64,000 bases of DNA. Source: Zootoca vivipara (lineage: Eukaryota). The notes beneath the pieces are model-generated. The model made no database searches, was not told where the DNA came from, and saw nothing but the letters and a program-made list of their open reading frames with translations. The DNA lies in contig NC_083288.1 in NCBI RefSeq assembly GCF_963506605.1, positions 40,424,001 to 40,488,000 on the forward strand, given 5' to 3'. The stretch's first letter is position 1. Each line of letters starts with the position of its first letter. Of the stretch, positions 24,201 to 36,103 are shown in pieces. The position numbers were made by a program, and so were the translations under genes.

Positions 24201-25028
24201 ATGCTCTGTGGGACTCATTTAGGAGGGAAAAACATTTGAATGGCCATATTTGGGAGGAGAGGAACATAGCTTCATTTTTATATCAATATCTGCAGGGAGC
24301 GTGATGTCCACCTAGTTTTCTACCCTTTCTGGGGGTTTTCATTGTGAAAATCAACTACAGACATTTAATGAAAACTCTCCTAGCTTCTTAGGTGTGTGCC
24401 TTCAAGCTTGATCATAATGCCCAGACTTTCATGAAGTCTGGTAGGGTATTAGAAAGATCATTGCTCTTGGCAATGGTCTTCTGCCAGTGTTTAATTACTG
24501 CTGACACCCCCATATAACTCAGGGGTCCCAAGCAGCAGGTACAGAAATTAAGCCATTTCCACAGGCCTTGATTATTTTCAGTTATATGGAAACAATTCAC
24601 CAAGCATTCTCCTGTAAGAAAACGAAGGCAAATTAAATATATGTATAGTACATATGATCTTGCAGCTATAAGGATAACTGGGCTTATGAGGGCACCAGGA
24701 TGCTTCAGCTAAGAAGAATAGATGAAATGTGGTAGTCAGGTAGCACTACTAGCTTGAAGGCAGGCAGGCAGGCAGGCAGGCAGGTACAGAGAACAAGAAA
24801 ACGAAAGCCCCCAAATCAGACATGCAAGGGAGGTTCAAATAAATTGTTGTGCAGAACAGACAATGGTCTAAAGGACGTGTTGCACTTCTGCCATTTTTAT
24901 CTCGAAACCAAAAGGCATAGGAAGGGCCTGCAACCCAGCACTGCACTCACAATTTGGATTGGTCCTCTGCTCCCGTTTTCTGCCTAAAATACTATGCCAA
25001 TGACTATTTGACCCTGAACATGCTGGTA

Positions 25029-25773
25029 CATCACCGTGCTAACAAAGGTCCGTATAGTTAAAGCTATAGTTTTCCCAGTAGTGATGTATGGAAGTGAGAG
25101 CTGGACCATAAAGAAGGCTGATCGCATGTTGTGAGAGCTGGACCATAAAGAAGGCTGGTGAGCATGTTGTATGGGGTGATAACCCCCATGTTGAACCCCT
25201 TGATCTACAGTCTCAGGAACAAGGAGGTTAAAGGGGCTTTGAGGAGGGTCATCGTTCATAAACGCCAATAAAGTTGGAAGGGGGGGGAGATATATGGCTA
25301 AGATACAATTATTCTATCCTATATCTTTGCCAACAAAGGTCCGCATAGTTAAAGCTATGGTTTTCCCAGTAGTGATGTATGGAGAGAGCTGGACCATAAA
25401 GAAGGCTGATCGCCGAAGAATTGATGCTTTTGAATTAAGGTGTTGGAGGAGACTCTTGAGAGTCCCATGGACTGCAAGAAGATCAAACTTACCCATTCTG
25501 AAGGAAATCAGCCCCGAGTGCTCACTGGAAGGACAGATCCTGAAGCTGAGGCTACAATACTTTGGCCACCTCATGAGAGAGAAGACTCTCTGGAAAAGAC
25601 CCTGATGTTGGGAGAAGGGGATGACAGAGGACGAGATGGCTGGACAGTGTTCTTGAAGCTACGAACATGAGTCTGACCAAACTGCGGGAGGCAGTGGAAG
25701 ACAGGAGTGCCTGGCATGCTCTGGTCCATGGGGTCACGAAGAGTCGGACATGACTAAACAACTAAACAACAAC
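25029..25773 (+). mobile_element. BovB/RTE 3' fragment, rearranged and containing an OR fragment
   Basis: TKVRIVKAMVFPVVMYG...LQYFGHLMR; (CAA) tail; TSD acatgctggta at 25018-25028 and 25772-25782. Confidence 0.85.
25152..25271 (+). pseudogene. OR5V1-like TM7/C-terminal fragment
   Basis: [39 protein letters not shown], near-identical to the paralogs' 3' ends. Confidence 0.92.
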
Positions 25774-26350
25774 ATGCTGGTATGTAAGATGCTATTTCAT
25801 CATCATCATCATTCCAAAGCAGTTTATAGCAATTGTATATACACACATTTTTTTTTAAAAAAAAGGATCACTAGCTATTATGGATAATGTTTTTCTTAAT
25901 TGCTTGCATAAGCCTGAGAGCAAAGAGAAGTTTTCAGGAAACATATAAAGTTTGGCCCATAGGGTCTATAAACAGGTGTCGCCATCTGGCAGTCCCTTTC
26001 TCCAATGCTGCTCAGATACTGTGGCCAATATATTCAGGATGGGTTGAGGCATGCTTTCTGCTACTTTTCTCTTTGTGTCTGATACTTGCTCTTGGGAGAA
26101 ATAAGCCAAACTCTGGGGGATTACCATCTAGAATGCAGATCATTAATGGTGCTAGGAAATCATGCATTGACATTGGCCAATTGGGATATATTTGCTGGCA
26201 TTGCTGAATAAGCTCTGCAGCCTGGTATTCCCTTGTGCTCCTTATGTTGAGATTTAAAGGAGGGTGTTGGGTTTGCCAGAGGAACAGACAATCCTTCCTT
26301 GATCTCAAGGCATAGGAGAGAGGAGTTCTTCACTGTGACTGTTTGGAAAA

Positions 26351-26374
26351 ATGGATGCACACCAGTCATTGCCA
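26351..26374 (+). CDS. Predicted upstream coding mini-exon of OR5V1-like copy 2 (MDAHQSLP)
   Basis: AAA ATG GAT GCA CAC CAG TCA TTG CCA|GTGAGT; phase 0. Confidence 0.72.
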
Positions 26375-28590
26375 GTGAGTATGTATTGGGGCCATAGCTA
26401 GGACTAGGATTAAGGAATATGGGAAAAGCTAAATTCCGTGCTATTTTTCTAGAAAAAGAAGTGCCAGAACTCACTATGAACACCTCCTCGTTCTCTTAGA
26501 ATGGCAATGACACCCACCTGAGAGGTGCCGGAACTGAGTTCCTGTGAGTTCCCCCTGGAAAAAAGCCCAGGTTCAGTTTCTAAGTTAGTATGGTGGGAAG
26601 AAATGAGGCTCATAAATAGAAGTAAGTACACCTGGAAAGGGAGTGGTACAAGGGATGCTCAGGTGAATAGAAATATGACTTCAATAAACCGTCTTGCAGA
26701 AATATTCAAAAATCTGTAATTAGCGCACTGTTTTATTAGGCCAACCCAAATGCCATGAAATGGTGTGCCAGTTTTTGAGTTCTTCAAAACTCTTTATCCG
26801 GCTAGGAGGTAACAAAGCGAAGTCAATGAAGAAGGAAGAAGGAAGAAGCAGGCTGAAACTGGAGCCCCAGTGTCTGCATCAGGTCACAATCTCAAGATGG
26901 GAGGTGAGCCAGGAGGAGAGAGCAGACATGCAAAGGAGCCTCTGTTAAGTGTGTTGCAGGGTGCACCAAAAGCCCCTGGGCTGGGAGGCTAAATTCGATG
27001 TTACTGTACGACGTAGTATCTCCAGAAAAATTGCCAAGAAAGAAGTTGACTGAGGGCGAACTCAACTTCCAAGTTGTTGTTGTTTTAAAAAAATTGGAAG
27101 ACTTGGGAAGATAGCAACTGTCATTCTAGAAGAAATGTATATATAACACTGTGAAAGAAATAGTTGATGCTTGTAATCCAGTACTAGAATCCAGAAACAC
27201 CCAAAGAAATTGATTGGCTGTAATCAGTTCAGGAGAATAGAAAGTACTTCAAACAATAATGTGTATTTAATTAATGGAATTTTCCATTAATTACTGAAGT
27301 TGCAGTAAGAGCTGCTGGTTTAGATGGTTTTAAGGAAAGAATAGGCAAATTCATGAAGCATGATCTCTCAGGGGCTGCTAGCTATAACAGCTAAGTGGAA
27401 GATTAGGTTAAAGCCAGGTTAAAGAGGCTTGCTGGTTCAGCAGGGACTGAGTGTAAATAAACTAGGATCGCTGTTCTCTTCATTCTCTGTTTGTGGGTTT
27501 TCCAGAAACATCTGGCTGGATATGAATAGGAAGATGGATGAAATGACCCTTTCATGAGATCCAGCAGAGTTCTATTTTTTCTTTTTAGCTCTACATAGCT
27601 GTTACAAGTTATGTACAAGCTGGTACAATTAACGTTTCAAAATGGGAAAAAACTCAGAGGAAATTTTTTTGTTTTAGTAAACCTTATGGTATATCTTTAA
27701 TAAACCCACCATGGAAGGATGGAAGAGTGGATGGGTGTGAGAGAGATAAATAATGGCGGGAGGGATGACAGAAAGGTCATTTTAAAAACAATGCTAATTT
27801 GTTGAGGTGTATGGGATAGCTCAAGTTATAAATGGGCATAAATAAGGGAGAGTCGGGAAAAAGAAACCACAGTATTAGGAAAGATTTATTTCCAAAAAAT
27901 TCTATACTGCTGACATTGAGGAGGACTGGGGTGGTGGGGTGGTGGGATATAACAGCAGTGAACAGCATAAAACCAACAATAAATTCACCTTCATAAACAA
28001 GTACAAAACACACCATATGTCAGCAGACCAAATGAATGAGCTTATTGAACATAGGAAGATGCATTATACTGAGTTACCCCATACCCCACCTGCCCACCGG
28101 GAGGTGCTTGGGATTGGACTTGGACAAAGCATGTCTTCTGCCAGTAAGCTACATTGCCCCTGCTAGAGTCTCCCCAAAGAAGACTCGCATGTTACATACA
28201 AGCTGGGAAAGCCCTGTTAGAATCCTGGGATGGGGGAGAATATCCAGCTGTCCACTGTGACCAAGCAAATGACCAGGAAGGGGAAGAGCTGTAGTATCAG
28301 AACCTAAGAATTACCCTGCTGAGTTAGAGGAAAGATCCTGCTAATTGAGCATTGTGTTTGAAACACAAGAGTTCTCCAATTTCAGAAGTTGTGCTTGAAG
28401 GTGATAGGGAGACTCAGTAGCTGGTAAGAGAGGCACTAAGCTTCTGAACAAGGATGTTCCATTCTTACCTAGTCAAATACCCTTAAAACTATTTGTCAAA
28501 TACCTTTACAAGCAAAGGCGGCCTTCAATTATCTATGAGTGCAGACTTCAACATTCTTAATATATCTCTGATGCTTTCCACATCTTGCAG

Positions 28591-29541
28591 GATACCTTAT
28601 CTCTGAGCAGAGATATGGAGAATGGCACCCTAGTGACAGAATTTATCCTCACCGGACTTTCTGATCTCCCAGCTGTCCGCTTCTCCCTCTTTGCTGCCTT
28701 TTTTCTCATCTACCTGGTCACCCTGGTGGGGAACGGCACCATTCTTCTTGCCATAGGAGCTGACTCTCACCTGCACAACCCCATGTATTTCTTCCTGACT
28801 AACCTTTCCCTGCTGGACATCTTCTGCCCCACAGCTACGGTGCCCAAGATGCTGGAGAACCTCTTGTCAGAGAGACATACCATTTCCTTTGTTGGCTGTG
28901 TGCTGCAGCTCTACTTCCTGGTAGCCTTGGCAGGGACGGAGGTCTTCCTCTTAGCTGTCATGGCTTATGACCGCTATGTGGCCATATGCAACCCTCTGCG
29001 ATACACGGTCGTCATGAGCAAGAAGCTTTGTCTTCAGATGGCTGCTGGTACATGGGTCACAGGGTTCCTCAACTCCTTGCTGCACACAGTGATGACCTTT
29101 ACTCTACCTTATTGCAAATTGAACAGGGTCAATCAATATTATTGTGACATCCCTCCAGTCTTGGCCTTATCATGTGCTTCTACTTATGCAGCTGAGATGG
29201 TTGTACTTATTTTTGGTGGCATCTTTGGTGTGGGGGCTTTTATGGTGACGCTGGTCTCCTACATCTACATCATCTCCACCATCCTTAGGATCCGTTCTGC
29301 CGAGGGGAAGCGCAAGGCATTTTCCACTTGTGCCTCCCATCTAATTGTGGTGTGCCTCTTTTATGGGACAACCATCTTCACTTATGCAAGGCCTACCTCC
29401 AGCCACCATCCAGATCAGGACAGGATGGTGAGCATGTTGTATGGGGTCATAACCCCAATGTTGAACCCCTTGATCTACAGCCTCAGGAACAAGGAGGTGA
29501 AAGGGGCCTTGGAAAGAGTAATTGCTCATAAACGCTATTGA
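28591..29541 (+). CDS. OR5V1-like olfactory receptor copy 2, main exon (internal ATG 28615)
   Basis: Acceptor cttgCAG; intact 7TM OR motifs; [13 protein letters not shown] and [23 protein letters not shown] resemble OR5V1. Confidence 0.93.
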   Translation, partial: DTLSLSRDMENGTLVTEFILTGLSDLPAVRFSLFAAFFLIYLVTLVGNGTILLAIGADSHLHNPMYFFLTNLSLLDIFCPTATVPKMLENLLSERHTISFVGCVLQLYFLVALAGTEVFLLAVMAYDRYVAICNPLRYTVVMSKKLCLQMAAGTWVTGFLNSLLHTVMTFTLPYCKLNRVNQYYCDIPPVLALSCASTYAAEMVVLIFGGIFGVGAFMVTLVSYIYIISTILRIRSAEGKRKAFSTCASHLIVVCLFYGTTIFTYARPTSSHHPDQDRMVSMLYGVITPMLNPLIYSLRNKEVKGALERVIAHKRY

Positions 29542-30035
29542 AGTTGGGAAGGGAAAGGGTGGCTTAGCTATGTAGTCTATTTCTCAACAATATGAAATGG
29601 GCACCCATGTAACCCTGATTCTGAACCAAGGAAAAGCAGCATTTGTAAATACCCCTTCAAAGCCATCTGCTCCCTGAAAACTTTTGCTTAAACTCTCACT
29701 CCTCATCTGAAACGAAAACCTAAATATACATGTTTTTTTCTTGCTCGCACTCCTCCTTTTGTAACTGATTTTCCCTCCTCTCTTTTACCTGATTTCTCAC
29801 TCGCTGTCAAAATGTATATTGTAAGTAACTTGGGGTGGGATCCTCTTTCTTTCTTTTGCTCATGTACTCAGTATATTAAGAACAACAACAATAAGTGGGA
29901 CCACACAAGAATCTTTTATTTTATCCAGACAAACAGTCATCAGAAGAAAACTCCATTGACTTCAGCAGGGATTACTAGCAGTGAAGTAAGGTTAAGATTG
30001 CAGCCAGAAGTAGCTGCAATTAATTCTCATTTATT

Positions 30036-30399
30036 AACGTGGGTGGCGCTGTGGGTTAAACCATTGAGCCTAGGGCTTGCCGATCGTAAGGTTGGCGGTT
30101 TGAATCCCTGCGACAGGGTGAGCTCCCGTTGTTCGGTCCCAGCTCCTGCTAACCTAGCAGTTCGAAAGCACATCAAAGTGCAAGTACATAAATAGGTACT
30201 GCTCCGGTGGGAAGGTAAATGGCGTTTCCGTGCGCTGCTCTGGTTCACCAGAAGTGGCTTAGTCATGTTGACCACATGACCTGGAAGCTGTCTGCAGACA
30301 AACGCTGGCTCCCTCAGCCTATAGAGCAAGATGAGTGCCGCAACTTCAGAGTCATCCGTGACTGGACCTAATGGTCAGGGGTACCTTTACCTTTACCTT
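30036..30399 (+). mobile_element. Sauria SINE with a 49-bp flanking direct repeat
   Basis: Near-full SINE with (acctttt)-type tail; flanks 29987-30035 and 30400-30448. Confidence 0.9.
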
Positions 30400-30612
30400 T
30401 AAGGTTAAGATTGCAGCCAGAAGTAGCTGCAACTAATTCTCATTTATTTCAATGGTAATTAAGTGCAGATAACATATACAATATCTCCTGATTCTTTTTG
30501 CACCTATCTTTTGTTTGTTTGTTATACCCCCTTGAAGTTAAATAAAACTTTAACTTACATCTAAATAGATCATTTAAAATTTTATATGTTAGGCTATCAT
30601 AAACAGTTCTTT

Positions 30613-30693
30613 GTTGTTGTTGTTGTTTAGTCGTTTAGTCGTGTCCGACTCTTCGTGACCCCATGGACCAGAGCACGGCAGGCACTCCTGTCT
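30613..30693 (-). mobile_element. BovB 3' terminal fragment
   Basis: Reverse complement of the BovB end at 45230-45300, with (CAA)n. Confidence 0.8.
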
Positions 30694-32039
30694 TTAGGTC
30701 ATATTAATTAAAATATAAGCACAGTGCAGGGATAATCAACTTGTTGCTGTCCGCTCCAGATGTTTTGGACTCCAATTCCCATCATCCTCTACCACTGGCC
30801 AGGCTGAGTGGGACTGATGGGAGTTGTAGTCCAAAACCATGTGGCGGGCATCACATTGGCTACCCTGATGTAGTAGGGTCCCCCTCCCTGTATTTATTTG
30901 GCTGTTGCTAATAGGTTCAATAGAACTTTCATGGAGTGAATTTTTAGATATCCCAGAAGGAGCATCTTAGGGTTGAGATGGATACAATATCCCATAATTT
31001 TGGTGAAAATACGATGGATTGTACCCCAGAACGTCTGAATGACAGGACATTCACAATTTATGTACATAATATGGTATATGCCTAGGTTACGGTATCCAGT
31101 GCTGCTACATATCCCCCCCTCTACAGTTAAATGCAATCTTAACATAATGTTAACATACTGTTGTGAGTTTGGGGTGGGGTGGGGGTGGGATACCATTTTT
31201 GAAGGAGCCAGACAAATTTCTTGGTGAGTTAATGGGCCCTAAGCATGTGTGTGTGTGTGTGTTTTGTTTTGTACATACCTTGAGGTGGAGTAAAAATGCT
31301 TATATAGATTCCACTATCAATTATCTGTTTGGGCTTTTCTTCTAACATGTAGAGAGATGTGTTGTTTAATCCAGTATCACTGTCAATAAACTCTTGTCAC
31401 ACCATTGTGGTTGTTTTTTTTTTTAAAAAGAATGTGTTTCTTACTTCTATGAACATGAATGCCTCTTCAAGTTTCCACTCTTCATTAACCACTTTTCAGC
31501 ATCTAGAGGGGAAACCCACTCACTTCATTTTCATTTTCAAACTCACTTCATTTTCAAACCCAAGAAATGCAAGTTTCACACAAGTCTTTCTATGGAAATT
31601 ACCAGAGTTTTCAAATATCACCTCCCCACTCTGGTATATTGCATGTCCACTCCACACACTGAAAAACAAGTATTTGCAAGATGACAAATGATCCACAGAG
31701 AGTAGATTAGGAGGAGGAAACTTCACAAAGCAGTGTGCTACTGCCAAACAGCATGACAATCTGAAACTAGCAAGATGCTCTTATCTCCCTTTCCCTGCTG
31801 GTATGATTCCCTCCATACAACGATTTCTAAAACTCCTGTGGAAAACACACGTCGGTAGCAGGGATAATTAATAAAGCATTCAATATCCACTAGCTCTGGC
31901 AACACTATTTTTTTTAATGTAGACAGGCCTGCGTAACTGTTTAATGCAGTCACTCTAATGAGAATTATTTCTTGCTTTTATTAAGGTTTAGGTTTTATCG
32001 TATACATTTTTGTACACAGCCATGTTACGTTGTACAATA

Positions 32040-32232
32040 CAGTCATACCTCGGTTTAAGTACGCTTCGGTTTGAGTACTTTCAGTTTAAGTACTCCGCGG
32101 ACCCGCCTGGAACGGATTAATCCACTTTCCATTACTTTCAATGGGAAAGTTCGCTTCAGGTTAAGTACGCTTCAGGTTAAGTACTGTACAGACTTCCAGA
32201 ACCAATTGTGTACTTAAACTGAGGTACCACTG
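32040..32232. mobile_element. Tigger-type MITE (paralog at 39382-39569)
   Basis: TA-flanked TIRs; same family as 4280-4725. Confidence 0.88.
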
Positions 32233-33653
32233 TATATAAACACTTTTCTAAATAAACAAAACAAACAATCCCCTGGTATTTGAGACCTAATTTGGGCCAA
32301 GTTATAAATCCACATCACTGGAAATTATCATTTTTTTATCACAGGTGGGAGAGCGAGCGAGCGTCCGAGTCCTATAGGGATGATTCCTGCCATTTCAGAT
32401 GGAAGACAAAACAGCTGTTCTCCCTTGGCATCTACTTTTCTATATGGAGGAAATTGTCTTCTATAGAGGAAAGTTCCTTCTAGAGTTGAAATCTGGCATG
32501 GTGGAGCTCCCCTCCCCAAGGTAACCACATGATTGATCAGGAAGCACTAGGGATGGTGCATAGCACCTTCCAAATTGGCCTTATGTGAGAGTCCTGGAGG
32601 CTTCAAATCCATACACTTCGGATGACATCATATTACTCTTGGTGACATTATTTTTACATCACCATGCATGCAGAGCATTTATCTTTCTGGAAGGAGCTCT
32701 GTGGTAGCAGATGAGATGGAGACTGCACCATAAATGTTAACAATGCTCTTTGGGACTCATTAAGGAGTAAGAAAGAATTGCATGGTCCCATTTTCGGAGG
32801 AGAGAAGTGTGTATGGCTATAGTTAAATTTCAATATCAATATTTGCAGGCACCACATTCTCCCTGTGGTTTTAGGATCACTATAGGGCTTGGGCTTCATC
32901 CTGGAGGTCACTGAGTACCATCAGTTATAGACATTTTTATGGACAGTCTTCAAACACATAGGGCCAGCTTGCTCGGTTTGAGTCTTCATGCTTGCTCTTA
33001 GTGCCTGGACTCAGCCGTGACTTATTCTGGGATGTGAGAAAGAAAGTGGCTCTGAGCATATACAAAGTGCCTAACCCTGTTGAATACTACCCCATTGAAT
33101 ACTGCTGCCACCCCCACATGACTAAGGGATTCTAGGCAGGAGGTTCAGAAACTGATCTCTCTACTCAGGCCCCACTTATTTTCTGTTTCATGGAATTTGT
33201 TCCTTCGCCATTGAAAGCTAAGGACACTTAAGCAAAGTCACAGTTCCTGCCTGGCTGCTATTTTCCTGAGTTTTGTGTAAAACCTGGAGAAGATCTGTTC
33301 CATCCTCTGGTGAAATGGAGCACATAAAACATGGGCTGGACTTCCTTAACATTCTAGGGAGTCATGTATTCAAAAAATCATAATAATGGAAATGTAGAGT
33401 TGGACAATTATTCACAGGACTGGAGCTTAAGGGTGCTGGAAAATCACCCATCACTTTGTCTTGACATTGGCAATGGTCATGGGAGGCAAACAGGTGCTTC
33501 CTGGCACTGCTGGTGTGCTCTGAGGCCTGCTATTCCCTTGAGCTCCTCATGTCGATACTTAAAAGAGAAGGCTGAGCTGTCGGAGGAACAGGCAATCCTT
33601 CCTTGATCTCAAGGCAGATGGAGAGGCATTCTTAAGAGTGACTGTTTGACGAA

Positions 33654-33677
33654 ATGGAAACGCACAAATCATTGACC
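33654..33677 (+). CDS. Predicted upstream coding mini-exon of OR5V1-like copy 3 (METHKSLT)
   Basis: GAA ATG GAA ACG CAC AAA TCA TTG ACC|GTGAGT; phase 0. Confidence 0.72.
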
Positions 33678-33711
33678 GTGAGTATTAGAAGATACAAGCT
33701 TAAAGGGGCCA

Positions 33712-33965
33712 TCCTTGTGGTTTAAAGGCTTAACCTAGCAGTTTGAAAGCACGTCAAATTGCAAGTAGATGAATAGGTACCGCTACAGTGGGAAGGTAAA
33801 CGGCATTTCCGTGTGCTGCTCTGGTTTGCCAGAAGTGGCTTTGTCATGCTGGCCACATGACCTGGAAGCTGTACGCCGGCTCCCTCAGCCAATAAGGCGA
33901 GATGAGTGCTGCAACCCCAGAGTCGGTCACAACTGGACCTAATGGTCAGGGGTCCCTTTACCTTT
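33712..33965 (+). mobile_element. Deleted Sauria SINE (paralog about 42200-42451)
   Basis: 3' portion of Sauria SINE, shared by both duplication units. Confidence 0.85.
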
Positions 33966-34029
33966 TAAGACAGGAAAAGATATGTTTGGTAATTTTATAA
34001 GTTTGACGAAATGAGACTCGTATATCAAG

Positions 34030-34119
34030 CATAGCTGCCAAGTTTTCCCTTTTCTCGCGAGGAAGCCTATTCAGCATAATGGAAAATCCCTTAAAAAAAG
34101 GGATAACTTGGCAGCTATG
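34030..34119. mobile_element. 90-bp hAT MITE
   Basis: TIR catagctgccaagtt; perfect TSD atatcaag; empty paralogous site at 42508-42515. Confidence 0.92.
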
Positions 34120-34928
34120 ATATCAAGGCAGGTATACATGTAATGGGGGCCGTACACAGAATGTTGTAGAAGGGATGCTCAGATGAATAAAAATATGGTT
34201 TAGATGAGATGAAAATCCATATAAGGGCAATACTACGATCAGGCCAACCAAAATGTCATGAAATGGTGTGGAGGCCTTTGAGTTCTTCAGAGCTTTTCAT
34301 CAGGTAATAACAACAGCAGGGATAGGACAAATAAATCAGGTTCATGGTCGAACAATAAAGTCTTCATGTGGTGACAGGCGCACAAGAGAGAATGTGAATC
34401 CAGTTGTAAATAATGACCCAGCAGTTGACCAGGAGGAAGAGGATCTGGCAGTGAGTATATAAAACTATCAGTCTCCATGTTCCCCGCAGTTAATTAACAA
34501 CTCCCTGTCAAGCCCTGTAGCTTCAGTACACGTGTTCCAGCTTCCACACCGGGTGTTGGCCATTGACAATATCACCACTTATATGTGATGCACAAAGAGG
34601 TTCTGACGGGTCTCAGTAATTTAAAGATCTAAAAATAACTTTGTCAGATGATTTGATCTAAGAACCATCTTATTAAGCATTGTGTTTCTCACACAGGCCA
34701 AACATTGGTCTCTGAGAAATTCAGGTACAGGGTATGAATGTGATCACGAGGAAGTAATCTTTGCTTCTCAGAGTTATAAAGTGTCTGGGCAGGGACCTTC
34801 TATTCCTGCTTAGCATGACTAAAGGCTATATGCCTAACACCTTGAAAGCAAAGAATGCCTTAACTTGTGTATGCCTGTAGCCTCCAACATGTTTATTATC
34901 TCACATTTTTGCTTTCAAATGCTTGCAG

Positions 34929-35897
34929 GAAAGTTCCTCTCACAGAGGAGAAATGGAGAACATCACCGTGGTGACAGAATTCATCCTAATGGGCCTTTCT
35001 GATCTCCCAGCTGTCCGCTTCTCCCTCTTTGCTGCCTTTTTGCTCATTTACCTGGTCACCCTGGTGGGGAATGGCACCATTCTTCTTGCCATAGGAGCTG
35101 ACTCCCACTTGCACAACCCCATGTATTTCTTCCTGACTAACCTTTCCCTGCTGGACATCTTCTGCCCCACAGCTACGGTACCCAAGATGCTGGAGAACCT
35201 CTTGTCAGAGAGAAATACCATTTCCTTTGTTGGTTGTGTGCTGCAGCTCTACTTCCTGGTAGCCTTGGCAGGGACAGAGGTCTTCCTCTTAGCTGCCATG
35301 GCTTATGACCGCTATGTGGCCATATGCAACCCTCTGCGATACACGGTCGTCATGAGCAAGAAGCTTTGTCTTCAGATGGCTGCTGGTACATGGCTCACAG
35401 GGTTCCTCAACTCCTTGCTGCACACAGTCATGACCTTTACTCTACCTTATTGCAAATTGAACAGGGTCAATCAATATTATTGTGACATCCCTCCAGTCTT
35501 GGCCTTATCATGTGCTTCCTCCTATGCAGCTGAGATGGTTGTACTCATTGTTGGTGGGATTTTTGGTGTGGGGGCTTTTCTGGTGACGCTGGTCTCCTAC
35601 ATCTACATCATCTCCACCATCCTTCGGATCCGTTCTTCCGAGGGGAAGCGCAAGGCCTTCTCCACTTGCGCCTCCCATCTTACGGTGGTGTGCCTCTTCT
35701 ATGGGACGACCATCTTCACTTACATAAGGCCTTCCTCCAGCCACCATCCAGATCAGGACAGGCTGGTGAGCATGTTGTATGGGGTGATAACCCCCATGTT
35801 GAACCCCTTGATCTACAGCCTCAGGAACAAGGAGGTTAAAGGGGCTTTGAGGAGGGTCATTGTTCATAGCCGGCTCGTTGGTCTAAGACAGGCATAG
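34929..35897 (+). CDS. OR5V1-like olfactory receptor copy 3, main exon (internal ATG 34953); C-terminus derived from an insertion
   Basis: Intact OR motifs; ends VIVHSRLVGLRQA* instead of VIVHKRQ*. Confidence 0.92.
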   Translation, partial: ESSSHRGEMENITVVTEFILMGLSDLPAVRFSLFAAFLLIYLVTLVGNGTILLAIGADSHLHNPMYFFLTNLSLLDIFCPTATVPKMLENLLSERNTISFVGCVLQLYFLVALAGTEVFLLAAMAYDRYVAICNPLRYTVVMSKKLCLQMAAGTWLTGFLNSLLHTVMTFTLPYCKLNRVNQYYCDIPPVLALSCASSYAAEMVVLIVGGIFGVGAFLVTLVSYIYIISTILRIRSSEGKRKAFSTCASHLTVVCLFYGTTIFTYIRPSSSHHPDQDRLVSMLYGVITPMLNPLIYSLRNKEVKGALRRVIVHSRLVGLRQA

Positions 35898-36087
35898 GCA
35901 ACCTTGGCTCTCCAGATGTTTTGGAACTACAACTCCCATGATCCCTGACCACCGGCCCTGTTAGCTAGGAATCATGGGAGTTGTAGTTCCAAAACATCTG
36001 GAGAGACAAGGTTGCCTATGCATGGTCTAGGGGTATGATTCTCGCTTTGGGTGTGAGAGGTCCCGGGTTCAAATCCCAGACGAGCCC
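35872..36087 (+). pseudogene. tRNA-Pro(TGG) retrocopy split by a hAT MITE
   Basis: GGCTCGTTG (35872-35880) plus GTCTAGGGGTATGATTCTCGCTTTGGGTGtGAGAGGTCCCGGGTTCAAATCCCaGACGAGCCC (36025-36087) equals the vertebrate tRNA-Pro-TGG as recalled, with two CpG transitions. Confidence 0.92.
35889..36024. mobile_element. 136-bp palindromic hAT MITE
   Basis: TIR caggcataggcaaccttg / caaggttgcctatgcatg; degenerate TSD gtctaaga/gtctaggg; related to 7012-7132. Confidence 0.88.
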
Positions 36088-36103
36088 GAACACAAACTAT
36101 TTT

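Noticed and set aside
35872-36087. Functional tRNA-Pro gene, or a tRNA with an intron
   Set aside because: The interruption is a TIR/TSD-bearing MITE in the D-arm/A-box, not at the canonical 37/38 intron site. Two stem CpG mutations are present and the whole unit lies within a retro-insertion TSD.
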